This document shows positions 26,042 to 38,960 of a stretch of DNA of 64,000 nucleotides, piece by piece; the first letter of the stretch is position 1; every line of letters starts with the position of its first letter. The DNA comes from Octopus vulgaris (taxonomy: Eukaryota), in assembly GCA_951406725.2 (NCBI GenBank), contig OX597826.1, forward strand, positions 50,778,001-50,842,000, in the 5' to 3' direction. The notes under the pieces are model-generated. The model was not told the origin of the DNA, did not search any database, and saw nothing but the letters and a program-made list of their open reading frames with translations. Made by a program: the position numbers and the translations under genes.

Positions 26042-26813
26042 AGGCGGCGAGCAAAAAATTCAATAGAACTGCCAGATTTTCAAAGCGGTCATATTGTTGG
26101 GCAATCTGAGGCTGGTCTTAGCCAGCGAAAAATCGCCGGAAATCTTCAAATTCCTCTTGCTATCTTTATATATAAAAGTCAAGTGTGTGTCTGTCTCCTA
26201 CGATTTAGATTCCTAACTACTCCCACATTTTGCGGTGCAGTTTAACCAAAACCGGGTATCTTATAGTCGTGATTCATATCGAGCACTTCTGGGTATTAGC
26301 GCGCGTCTACGATGAGTCTACGATTAAAAAAAAAAATTACCATCATTTTTTTCCATTTTAATGCATTTTTTCGCTATTAAAAAAAAAGGGAAGTAACTCT
26401 CTAAAAATGTCTACGATGAGTCAACGATTTAAAAAAAAAATTTACCATCATTTTTTTTCCATTTTTAATGCATTTTTTGCTATTTTTTGGCTATAACTCT
26501 CTAAAAATGCTTATATAGTTATTTCCCTTACAAACCCGAGCAACGCCGGGCGATACTGCTAGTTGTTAATAAAATTATAATGCAATTCAAAAGCAATTCA
26601 ACAGATTCTCGCCCCGGCCGATCTGGGCCCTCGGAAAGGAAGCTTCGCTGTTTGAAGAGAATTGTGGAAGACAAATCCCGTTCGAAGGCTTCTGACATTG
26701 CAAAACAGCTAGAAGTTACTCCAAGAACGTGTGTTACATATCTGCATAAGCTTGGGTATTATGGACGAGCAGCCAGAAGAAAACCTCTCCTTCAATCAAT
26801 TAATATCAAATAA
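26042..26813 (+). mobile_element. Tc1-like transposase N-terminal (paired-like HTH) fragment, interrupted by a Helitron
   Basis: ELPDFQSGHIVG..EAGLSQRKIA.NLQIPLA|IVNKII.QFK...RPGR...LHKLGYYGRAARRKPLL; the frame is restored when 26163-26562 is removed. Confidence 0.85.
26163..26562 (+). mobile_element. Non-autonomous Helitron (400 bp)
   Basis: 5' TC, 3' hairpin cccgagcaacgccggg then CTAG, inserted between A and T with no TSD. Confidence 0.9.
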
Positions 26814-26964
26814 AAAATTTAGAAAATTAAAGGTTTCTATTTACTTCCTGCATGTCTGTGTATATGTTCTCTTCCGTTTTTAATTAGTTAAATACCCCCT
26901 CCGAGGAACTAGCTGGTTTTTACTAATGTCTGCATTTATATGTATGTATGTATGTTAGGTATGT

Positions 26965-27370
26965 ATACTCTTTTACTCTTTTACTTGTTTCAGTCATTTG
27001 ACTGCGGCCATGCTGGAGCACCGCCTTTTAGTCGAGCAAATCAACCCCGGTACTTATTCTTTGGAAGCCCAGTACTTATTCTATCGGTCTCTTTTGCCGA
27101 ACCGCTAGGTGACGGGGACGTAAACACACCAGCATCAGTTGTCAAGCAATGCTAGGGGGATAAACACAGACACACAAACACACACACATACACATATATA
27201 TATATACATATATACGACAGGCTTCTTTCAGTTTCCGTCTACCAAATCCACTCACAAGGCATTGGTCGGCCCGGGGCTATAGCAGAAGACACTTGCCCAA
27301 GATGCCATGCAGTGGGACTGAACCCAGAACCATGTGGTTGGTTAGCAAGCTACTTACCACACAGCCACTC
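26965..27370 (-). mobile_element. SINE family A
   Basis: Reverse copy, head-to-head with 27773-28154. Confidence 0.85.
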
Positions 27371-27736
27371 GTCTTTCTGTTTGTCTGTCGGTCTGTGTGC
27401 GTGCGTGATCGTGAGTATAAAATATATTGACCAAAGAATTTTTATAATGACTTCAATACCAGCCGATTGTGAACCAGGTCGTGCCATGACGTCACTGCCT
27501 GGGAAACTGATTTATACTACTAACCATTAGTAGCTTAATAATGTCAAGTTCATTTGATTAACTTGTACACAGAATACATTACTTTGAATAAATTACTATG
27601 ACAGCTGTTCCGTGAATGTCGTACTTGTTACACAACTATTCGTAAAGAACTAAGTATTCTGTTATTAAGTATGTTTGATTATCAATTGCCTTCGTATAGT
27701 TGTACACGTTTTCGTTATGCTCCTTATAATCCATTG

Positions 27737-27772
<36 letters not shown>

Positions 27773-27775
<3 letters not shown>

Positions 27776-28154
27776 TAAGTAGCTTGCTAACCAACCACAT
27801 GGTTCCGGGTTCTGTCCCACTGCGTGGAATCTTGGGCAAGTGTCTTCTGCTATAGCCCCGGGCCGACCAATGCCTTGTGAGTGAATTTGGTAGACGGAAA
27901 CTGAAAGAAGCCTGTCGTATATATGTATATATATATGTATGTGTGTGTGTTTGTGTGTCTGTGTTTGTTCCCCTAGCATTGCTTGACAACCGATGCTGGT
28001 GTGTTTACGTCCCCGTCACCTAGCGGTTCGGCAAAAAGAGACCGATAGAATAAGTACTGGGCTTACAAAAAATAAGTCCCGGGGTCGATTTGCTCGACTA
28101 AAGGTGGTGCTTCAGCATGGCCGCTGTCAAATGACTGAAACAAGTAAAAGAGTA
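27773..28154 (+). mobile_element. SINE family A
   Basis: Near full-length copy. Confidence 0.85.
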
Positions 28155-28237
28155 AAATATATATATATATATACGCGAGGACGTGGAACAAGTATAGTAT
28201 TATTGGACGCTCAGGAAAGGAAAGAAAGAAGGAGGAT

Positions 28238-28270
28238 TTTAACGTTTCGAGCGGAGCTCTTCGCCAGAAA
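28238..28270 (-). ncRNA. Minimal type I hammerhead variant (A6G)
   Basis: Minus strand: UUU-CUGGCGA-A-GAGC-UCC-GCUC-GAA-ACGU-U|AAA. Same layout as the 2487-2524 copy. Confidence 0.6.
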
Positions 28271-29206
28271 CATAGGAAAAGGAAGGATCTAAGGAAGGGA
28301 AGACGGAGGAAAAAAATCACCAACGATACACACACACACACACACACACATACACACACACACACACATACATATGGGGGTGGGACGCAATGGTCCAGTG
28401 GTTAGGGCAGCGGACTCGCGGTCGGAGGATGGCGGTTTCGACAGGGCGTTGTGTGTGTTTATTGAGCGAAAACACCTAAAGCTACACGAAGCTCCGGCAG
28501 GGGGGTGAGGGGTGGCGACCTCTGTTGTACTCTTTCGCCCCAACTTTCTCTCACTCTTTCTTCCTGTTTCTTTAGTAACGCTGCGATCGACTGGCGTCCC
28601 GTCCAGCTGGGGGGAACAAATACGCCATAGAAACCAGGAAACCGGGCCCATGAGCCTGGTTAGGCTTGAAAAGGACGCATAAATAATATATATATAGACA
28701 AAGGTAAGATATTCATGAGGAAATTACATAGTTCGATTCAAACACCATATTGTGACCCTGGTATATGCATTTGAGAACATGCGCGTGTGTATGAAACTAA
28801 GGTGTGCGTATATATGCTTTATATTTGTGCGTGTTTATATGTGTATACGTCCATGTTTTCTGCTTTTGTGCGTCTGTGTGTATGTGTGTGTGTGTGTACG
28901 AGGCCATTTGACCTGTGTGCGCGCTTGCGCATGCTGCGTGCGTGTGTATGCGTGTGTACGTGTGTATGCGTATGTACTGTGAGTGTGTGTATATGTGTGC
29001 GTGTGTTGTCTTCTGTTTGTGCGTGTGTATGAGGATGTTATGTGTGTCATACTGGATAGAAGTATTAGGTGGAATAGATGTGACAAAAGAAACAGGTGTT
29101 AGGAAATGTAGGTGCGTTATAATATACTTGCAACAATAAATATGATGATGGATAGCACGGGGTACTGTAATGGAATTATGGGTACTGATGTGTGTGAAGT
29201 ATTAAG

Positions 29207-29268
<62 letters not shown>

Positions 29269-29399
29269 TGTTTGAACGTATTAGTGTGTGGGAGTAGAAG
29301 TTAAGAAGACGGGGTGAATCTAAGAGGTAGGTGGTGTGTAAGTGTGTATGAGGGAAGAGTTTAAATGAAAAGGAGTAGAGAATTTAGACCGTGAGGGAC

Positions 29400-30940
29400 T
29401 GGAGTATGGAGAGCGAAAATTAATTCTTGCTCCAGTCGTAGACGGAAAATCGAGTGATTTCTGTACAAGGCAAATCCGAAAATAAACATATACTGTTAGG
29501 AATGACCATTTGAGCAGAAATAGCGCGAGACTTAGGTGTCAATACCGAGTCTGATGTCCCGAAGGTATTCGGCAAAACGGTCAGACAGGCGTCGTCTACT
29601 TTGTCTAAAGTGGTAAAGAGAGCAAAGGCTGCATTAAATCAGATTACTAGAGGTGCAAGTGAAGGAATCATTGACTTAGGAGTCGTTCTGGGTATCATTG
29701 AAGACGGTGGTGTCAGATAGGAAGGGACAGGTGTGACAGCGTTGCTGAGCACGAGGGAAGGAGCCAAGTTGAGTGTTGGGAGTGGGAAAAGGGCTACGGA
29801 CCAATAAGTGACATAGGTTGCAGGTGAGTTTGAAGGAAGGGTGGGTGGGTTGGAGAAGTGGTCACTACAAAGTCGACGAAGACAGAAGAACTAAGAGTAG
29901 GGGGTATACAGTTTGATGTGGGTAGGATGGAAGGAGGAGAAGTTGCGGTAGGAGTGATAATATATTGGCTTGTAGTAGATAGAGATGGTAAGAGAGGGAT
30001 GGTTGATGGCAACAGAAATGTCGAGAAAGTTAAGAGATATTGGACACAAAGTAGAATTCAAACGCGGGATAGAAGGACTAGATTAAAGAGAGGAAGGAGC
30101 TGAATTGCTCGCAGGAGAATGAGGTCACACCGATACAATCACCGACGTACTGAATGTATAGCTCACGAGTGGGACCAGTAAACTATGAGAATATCCGGGC
30201 TTCAATACAGCCGACGAACACGTTCGCGTGGTTGTGGCCTATTCTCGTTCCCATAGCCACTCCCGAGAACTGTTAGTAAAACTTTCCATGGAACGAAAAG
30301 TAATTCAAAGAGAGAACCAGTCGGCCACCCGGAGGAGAGTAGGAGTGCTAATCTGGGGATCGGGACGTAAGTCAAGGAAATGTTTGAGTGCGAGAAAACC
30401 TTTATTATGAGGGATAACAGTATAAAGAGACTTGATGTTGAGGTTGAACAAGAGTCGGAAAGGTCCAGAAGAGAACGACAAGGAATTAGAGTCGAAGAGC
30501 ACGGTTGGTGTCGTAAATATGCCAGGGGGAGGAAGTCACTGGAGCGAAGTCTAGGTGTTGAGAGATTAATTACATCGGAGGATGCAGAAGAGCTGGTACA
30601 AGACCGTCAGCGATGGAGAACACTGGTGGACATGATCGGCTCTACGCATGATGACGTCTCTGGGACCATCAACCTGGGATGATTCCAGCCCCATCAAGGA
30701 GCTTGAAACAAGAAAGCAATTGCAGGTAGGAATAACGGGTTTATGAATTCTGGGAAGGAAGTAAACGGTAGGCGTGCCTGGGGGTCCGGACAATGAGGTT
30801 GGAGGAGGTGAGAGGTAGGAGGGAGGAGGAAATAAGTTCGTGGATTGTGGAAGAAATGAAAGGTTGGTAGTGAGGCGTAGGGTCGGAAGGCAGAGAACGA
30901 TAGGTGTTTTGAAGTTGGCAGAGCACCTCAGCACTGGAGA
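29400..30940 (-). mobile_element. Decayed Penelope-like element (Neptune-like RT and Cys linker)
   Basis: YFLPRIHK, IKSLYTVIPH..G..ALKHFL, NYFSFHGKFY.QFSGVAMGT, GSFP....RCHTCPF. An RTE-like 3' end is inserted at about 30520-30675. Confidence 0.75.
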
Positions 30941-31104
30941 GTTCGAGCTTTCACACAATTTCGGCCCACCAAATTCACTCACAAGGTATTGGTCAGACCA
31001 GTGATGTAGTGGGGGAAAAAAAATTTGCCCAAGGTGTTATGCAATGGGATTGATCTCGAACGTGCGTGGTCGAAAAGCGAACTTTTTTTTTACCACATAG
31101 CCAT

Positions 31105-31140
<36 letters not shown>

Positions 31141-31644
31141 ATCGAACAACAACAAAATCTTTCCTCTCTCCATTAACGTCCTAATTACTTAAACTGCACT
31201 TCACAGTATCGAACCAAGCATTTCGTTTGTTCTTGCTTTTTGTTTCATCGTCTAACAATAAACACAAGATGAAGCACAAATACTATAGATCAAGCACAAT
31301 GAGGCACCATCTCCTTCTACACCACCAAAGGAAGAAAAAAAAAACAAAACAAAAATACAAAGAAACAACTAAAAATCAACAAAAACCAAGCCTCCATACG
31401 TAAATGCAGACTATTTTATTTCTTGGACCATATTCTATATTTTATTATTAATATCCAAGGTTTTTTCTCTTTTCACAATTGGCTGATCCTATTGGCTCTT
31501 TACCAAGCTGCTCTTACGTTTGTTTTTCATCTGAAAGACCGAAAATCGGAAATAGCGCTGGCTTGCTGATATTGCAGAATTTTTACCATCAATATATTTC
31601 AGAATATGCCAAAAGCTATTCTATTGTCAGAAACAGGAAACTAT

Positions 31645-31736
<92 letters not shown>

Positions 31737-31779
31737 TCACACAAACAGTAATACAGACGCAAACATATACGCGCACACG

Positions 31780-31811
<32 letters not shown>

Positions 31812-31837
31812 TATATATATATATATATGTATATATG

Positions 31838-31968
<131 letters not shown>

Positions 31969-31982
31969 TATATATTATATAT

Positions 31983-32069
<87 letters not shown>

Positions 32070-32704
32070 CACACACACACAGGTATATGATTACATGCAC
32101 ATATATGCATAATACATTAGGAATGCTGTCCTTGTTAAAATTTCATATATATATATATATACACACACACAGTAATACAGACGCAAACATATACGCATAC
32201 ACGTATACATATATATATGTATACATATATATATATATATATATACACAGGTATATGATTACACAGGTATATGATTACATGCACATATATGCATTATACA
32301 TTTGGAATGTTGTCCTTGTTAAAATTTCATTTAAAAGTCATGCTTTTGAACAGTTGCCACACAGTTTCAAATATCATGTAAGATGATGAAATATATACTT
32401 CGTTCGTATTCAAATTTATTTATATCTTTAAATTATTCTAGGTTTTTTATTTGAATATATTTGTCAATAAAAATGAACAGTTCATTTCATAGAACGTGAT
32501 ACCTAGATATTTTTTTGAAATACAAGCAAGTTTAAACCTGAAATAATGAAAAGAATAAATGATTTTTAAAAATCTTCCATGGTATTTGAAGCCGCGTACC
32601 AAGTTGTGGAAGATGTGAATTTTAAATGAGGACTTTTAATAAAGATAGTATTCTAATATATGCTAAATATTTTCTGTGAAATAAATAATATTGTCTAAGT
32701 ATTG

Positions 32705-33022
32705 TTGGAGGCGCAATGGCCCAGTGGTTAGGGCAGCGGACTTGCGGTCGGAGGATCGCGGTTTCGATTCCCAGACAGGGCGTTGTGTGTGTTTATTGAG
32801 CGAAAACATCTATAGCTCCACGAGGCTAAGGCAGGGGGTGGTGGCGACCTCTGTTGTACTCTTTAGCTCTAACTTTCTCTCACTCTCTCTTCCTGTTTCT
32901 TGAGTAACGCTGCGATGGACTGGTGTCCCGGCCAGCTTGTGTGTGTGTGTGTGTGTGTATGGGGGGGACACATATGGCACAGAAACCGGGCCCATGAGCC
33001 TGGCTAGGCTTGAAAAGGGCGA
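32705..33022 (+). mobile_element. tRNA-derived SINE (family B variant); sister copy at ~28380-28680
   Basis: Head tggaggcgcaatggcccagtggttagggcagcggac...gtttcgattccc and shared tail ccatgagcctggctaggcttgaaaagg. Confidence 0.8.
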
Positions 33023-34318
33023 CGTTTATGTATTGTTAGCTATTGATTGGGTACTTTGAGTTAATATAATTTATCAATATATAATAAAAATTTAGCGAGG
33101 CGAATTGGCAGAATCGTTAGCACGCCGTGCAAAATGCTTTGCGGCATTTCGTCCGTCTTTATGTTCTGAGTTCAAATCCCACCGAGTCGACTTTGTCTTT
33201 CATCCTTTCAGGGTCGTTAAAATAAGTACCAGTTGAGTACTGAGGTCGAAATAATCGACTTATCTCCTTTCCTGAAACTGCTGGTCTTGTGCCAAAACCC
33301 AATATATACAAAAAATTTACAGCTCTTTATGTTCTAAGTTCAAATTCCTCTAAGATCATCCAGGATCGATAAATAAAGTAGCTGTCAAGTACTGCAAGCA
33401 ATGGTAACAATTGATCCCTCCCCTCAAAATACTGGCCTTTTGTCTAAAACAGAATGAAAAATATCATGAAGCAATAATTAATTTCTTCGCATGCTATTTG
33501 AAACCGCGTGCTAATGTTTTGAAGATATATAATTTAAATGAAGAATATTAGTAATCTATTTCCATTTCAGACTGCTGCTGTGCGATATTTATCGTTCAGT
33601 ATCATTCCAGGACCTCAAAACCGTTGCTTGATGCCTTTGTTTACCACAATCACCAAGAGAGCATAACAGAAAGTATACCGTATCAAGCATAACAAGAGTC
33701 CAAGACCCCATAACTTGGGTTAACCTAGTATCATGTACGACCAACGCTGAATCTCATTGAAAATGGTTAGCGGCATTGAAAGTATCAATACATTCCATGA
33801 ATGGTAAGGATTTTGAACAGCATGGAATGCCAGCTCTTATACAAACTGCAGCTATAATTCTTTGCCGAGAGATTCTGTAGACAATCAATATATTCAATAA
33901 CTGGAACATAGTACCCACAAAAAAAAAAAAAATTCCACCTTCAGATTAAAAATGTAATTTGAACTTAGAACGTAAAGAGCTGTAAATTTTCTTTATATAT
34001 TGATTTCAAATTTTGGCACAAGGCCAGCAATTTGTGGAGGGTTAAATAAGTCGATTATTTCGACCTCAGCTTCGTACAAGGATCAAACAATTGGTGATAT
34101 CTGACTCAGGCGGTATATTTTTGCTTGATACTCCTGGTGGAACAGGTAAAACTTTATTTTTATAAATGTGTTTTCGTCAAAAGGTTCGCTCACTGTTGCA
34201 GATTGTTTTTGCAGAAGCTTCTTCTGGAACTGCTGCACCTTTACTCACAGGTGGCAAGCTTTAGACACAATGACAAACTCTTTCACTGGTTCATTAAGTA
34301 TTATTTACACGTATATAT

Positions 34319-34704
34319 CATGGAAGCACTCCGTCGGTTACGACGACGAGGGTTCCGGTTGATCCGATCAACGGAACAGCATGCTCGTGAAATTAACGTG
34401 TAAGTGGCTGAGCACTCCACAGACACGTGTACCCATAACGTAGTTCTCGGGGATATTCAACGTGACACAGAGAGTGACAAGGCCGGCCCTTTGAAATACA
34501 GGTACAACAGAAACAGGAAGTAAGAGTGAGAGAAAGTTGTGGTGAAAGAGTACAGCAGGGATCACCACCATTCCTGCCGGAGCCTCGTGGAGCTTTAGAT
34601 GTTTTTCGCTCAATAAACACTCACAACGCCCGGTCTGGGAATCGAAACCGCGATCCTACGACCGCGAGTCCGTTGCCCTAACCACTGGGCCATTGCGCCT
34701 CCAC
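34319..34704 (-). mobile_element. tRNA-derived SINE, same subfamily as 13790-14174
   Basis: Near-identical sequence; TSD acacgtatatat at 34307-34318 and 34705-34716. Confidence 0.85.
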
Positions 34705-34719
34705 ACACGTATATATAAA

Positions 34720-34945
34720 CCTGTGTCAAATGGCCGGGTACCCGAGTACCCAGAAAAATCTGTGCCAAATGGTCAGATGAAGGAAGAATCAACAGGGGAA
34801 GAAAACGTCAAACATATGTGGACAACTTGCTTCAGGACAGTGAAATAGCAAATGTTCACAAATTAAGAACATGTATGGGGGACCGTGATGGATGGCATGC
34901 TCGTGTGAAATCACTGAAGCCTCCGGGAGAACGACCAAACTAAAC
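34720..34945 (+). mobile_element. RTE-type LINE 3' end
   Basis: W...GRINRGRKRQTYVDNLLQDS...LRTCMGDRDGWHARV. Confidence 0.65.
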
Positions 34946-35752
34946 TTATGTTTATAAAACATACTGTAAAACAGTAATTAATTGATCAGAAATATAGAGA
35001 TATGTACGGTGGTGGGGCGATAGAGTGGTTGTATACTGTCAACTTAACGTGACAGTAGGGGGGGGGGGATTACACCACCGCTGTTTAGCCCTAGGAAGCA
35101 TCGACGCTTCCTGTCGGCCTTGACACATTTCCTTTGTCCTTATATATTTACGAAGGGGAGACAAACACCCCCAACAGCTAGGACTAAACAGCGGTCAGTA
35201 ATTAATTGAGTGTATTTAATCTTTTATGTAAAAATGCTTCATTTGAAAAAAATGTTTTGTTTGTAAATTAGGAGTGTGTATAAAGTGGTTTTGTATTGTG
35301 CATAAAACTGGTATTATGTGCATGCTTCTATTGTGTTAGGTGCCGGGCGCCATATCGTTTACATTGTCGACTGCTATGTCACGTCTGCTTTATACTAGGG
35401 CGTTAACAACTTTCAATACATACACGTTCGACAAGATACTAACTAAATATAACATAGTAGAAAAGAAGACGAGACGGCTACGACTTGAATGTCGATCGAA
35501 CGAGGTAAGTTTGACATAGAAATACAAAAGTCCTGTGTTTTATAAATGAAATAAAATGGCTGCCTCCGGGAAAGAAAACCCGGTTTCGCTGCCGGCAACA
35601 AGCTCAGAACTTGCAATACAACATTCATCATCCCTGATAACGCCAGTATTGATGAAACATTATGGCTGAATAAGATAAGTTATTACTATGAATAGAAGTA
35701 TTTAATAACCTCATTATTTTGTCTAGCTATACGAACTTTCGATCGATGCGTG

Positions 35753-35791
<39 letters not shown>

Positions 35792-36493
35792 TATTATTTG
35801 TAGTATCGTAAAGAGGCCAAGACAGTGTATAAGCATACATGCACGCGTACACATACATGAATATGCGCATGCGCACACAGATGTCTATGTGTATGTGTGC
35901 GCGCGCGCAAGTATTAGATATATTACACACAAGCGCGCGCATACACACACATGCTAAACTATGTATAATTCACAGACACGACCAAAAGCAAATAATACCA
36001 ACACATACATACATACATACTGAGATAATGTTGCTATGGGTTTTCATTTCCTTTTCTATCCGCATCATTGACTCTATTGTGTAACAACAACAATAGCAAC
36101 AATAAAAATCGCCCACTTTAATATGTATGACTATTTCATCAAAGCCCAACACCCATTTAAATATTTAGAACAGCCAGCAAGGCCAGACATTGTCTAGTCT
36201 TGCAATAAACACGACCCAAAAAAGAATATAGAGAAACACCAAAAACTAAGTGGAATAATTCGTGATTATGAAGTAGATACACCGAAAATAGCAGCCAAAT
36301 ACCTTTTATGCCACATTCTATCATCTTAAAAGAAGAAAATAAAACTGAATAATGTCGTAAATATGTAAAATGACTGGAAAAACTTAAATCATTGGTTTGC
36401 TTGTTACGAGATGACCTAGGGCTAAGCAGCATCGAAGCGTGTTACAATATTTATAATATTATGTCCTCATAAAGGACGTACTTTAATCATTTT

Positions 36494-37003
36494 GGAAAGA
36501 CTTCCGCCCGGAAGTTCCAGAATATTGCCAAAAATCGGCATTGTGAAAATTCCCCCCACTTCCCCACCAAATTCTTACATTTTGACTTTTTTCCCCAACA
36601 TTAACCCTAACCCTTACCCTAACCCTAACCCTAACCGTAACTACAGAAATGTTTTGAAATTTTTGTCAGAATCGTAATGTCCGTATTTTCCCGCATATTT
36701 AGAAAAAAAAAAAAAAAAAAAAATTCTCAAAAAAAATTTTTTTTTTTAATTTCTGGAAATTTTTTTCAGAAGCATAATCTCCGTATTTTTACCGCATATT
36801 TTGCAAAAAAAAAAAAAAAAAATTCTGAAAAAAAGAAAAAAAAGAAGGAAATGGGGGTGGGGAAGTGGTAATTCAAAAATACCGATTTTTGCCATTTTTT
36901 TTTGCAGATTCGTATTCCCCGTAACCGAATAGAGATGGGGGCTTGTGTCGATAAAAAATGTAAAAAAGGGTGTTTTTTGGGGAGGTGGGGCGGAAGTCTT
37001 GCC
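36494..37003. mobile_element. Merlin-type MITE with internal telomeric (TAACCC)n repeats
   Basis: TIR GGAAAGACTTCCGCCC / GGGCGGAAGTCTTGCC, 8-bp TSD atcatttt at 36486-36493 and 37004-37011, subterminal inverted repeat ~36527-36568 vs ~36853-36892, TAACCC array 36602-36636. Confidence 0.85.
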
Positions 37004-37612
37004 ATCATTTTTACAGACCTCTAAGGCCTTAACAAGAAGGTCCTTCGTCCTTTACAAATCCTTGACTGACGTTACCGGTTTGGCCATCGACAAGCCAACT
37101 ATTAAACGAGATGTTAGAGTTTACATGATTACAAATAAAACTGATTTAAAAAATTTATTTATTTATCTGACCTCATTCATACATACATACATACATACAT
37201 ACATTAATGGTTTTATCTAAGGTTTATGAATAAAAAGAAAAAGGGACATTAAACCGAAAGATCAGCCAATACTGATTAGTAGAGAACCAGATTTATATAT
37301 TTTTATACAGAAACGGTTGACAGTGACTTCGAAATTTATCACTGTATGTACGTTTGTATATCCATACAAAGATAATACATACATATAGTCATGCAAACAC
37401 ACGCACACATACACACAAACTCATATAAATAAATATATATATATATATGTATATACAGGCGTGGCTGTATGGTAAGAAGCTTGCTTCCCAACTACATGGT
37501 TCCGGGTTCAGTCCCACAGTGTGGCAACTTGGGCAAGTGTCTCTTACTATAGCCTCAGGCCGTCAAAGCCCTGTGAGAGGATTTGTTACACGGAAATTGA
37601 AAGAAGTCCTTC

Positions 37613-37649
<37 letters not shown>

Positions 37650-37650
<1 letters not shown>

Positions 37651-38606
37651 GAGGGGTACCCAAAAGTAACCAGAAACGGTCGCTGTGGGTACAGGCTTCC
37701 GTTGTAGTTCAGGCTTCCGCCGCTAGAAGCCACTTAATGCGACTCTCAGGCATCAGTCTGCCGACCTGCGTCGTCGAGAAAAGTCTTACTGCTACGTGGT
37801 GCTCCTTCATTTTGCAGTGCTTCTCCCCAGTTTGTCGATTTTTGCAAAGGAACAGTATGCTTCCGTGAAATTCTGTTTTTTGCTGGGGAAAACGGCGGCT
37901 GAAACAGTTGTTAAGCTTCAGATTGAGCAAAACATGGTTCTACGCTTTAGGAATGGTCACTTATCACTGCAGCCTCGTTCAGGACGACCGTCGACCTCCC
38001 GAACGAATGAAAACATCATGCAAGTTCATGAACTGATTTTGGAGGACCGTCACCGAAAAATTGACGAACTTGCTGATATGATTGATGTGTCCTGCAGTTC
38101 TTACCAACGAATTTTGAGCGAATGAAAACATCATGCAAGTTCATGAACTGATTTTGGAGGACCGTCACCGAAAAATTGACGAACTTGCTGATATGATTGA
38201 TGTGTCCTGCAGTTCTTACCAACGAATTTTGAGCGAAGAATTGCGAATGATAAGAGTTGCAACAAAATTTATGCCTCGCTTGATCATGGAAGATGAAAAG
38301 CAGGTACGACTGAATGCGTGTCGTGAACTGAAAGAACATTTGGAAATTTGTCCAGACCTTTTTTTCGAAGGTCATCACTGGTGACGAAAGCTGGTGCTAC
38401 GGAATTTGCAGATGTGGAAGAGGTGAAGAAGAAGACGACATCACTTCGCAAGCGTTCAAGCACTGCTTCGAACAGTGGAGATAGAGCCTGAATTGATGCG
38501 TTGCTTCAAATGGAGAATGTTTTGAAGGCAATAAAATTATAAACATGTAAAACTAAGTGAATAAAATAATATTCCAAAATTCCGGTTTCTTTTGGGTGCC
38601 CCTTCG
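37650..38606 (+). mobile_element. Internally deleted mariner with TIRs, nested in a SINE family A copy (37457-38840)
   Basis: TA|cgaggggtacccaaaagtaacc ... ggtttcttttgggtgccccttcg; EQYASVKFCFLLGKTAAET, RSGRPSTS, ITGDESWCYG. Confidence 0.9.
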
Positions 38607-38901
38607 CATATATGTATGTACTTATGTGTGTGTCTGTGTATGTATTTGTTCCCCCCCATCACCACTTGACAACCGGTGTTGGTGTGTTTACGTCCCCGTA
38701 ACCTAGCGGTTCAGCATAAGAGGCCGATAGAATTAGTACTAGGTTTTAAACAATAAGTCCTGGGGTCGATTTGTTCGACTAAAATCCGTCAAGACGGTGC
38801 TGCAGCATGGTCGCAATCAAATGAGTGAAACAAATAAAAGGCTAAAATAAAAATGTCCTTTCATCCATGTCAGTATGTATACGTACACACTCACAAGCAC
38901 G

Positions 38902-38960
<59 letters not shown>

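Noticed and set aside
33571-33803. Possible exon (catttcag|...ATG|gtaagg)
   Set aside because: Stops in all three frames and no recognisable homology.
36602-36636. Telomeric repeat as a chromosome end or fusion scar
   Set aside because: Short and internal to a TIR/TSD-bounded transposon.
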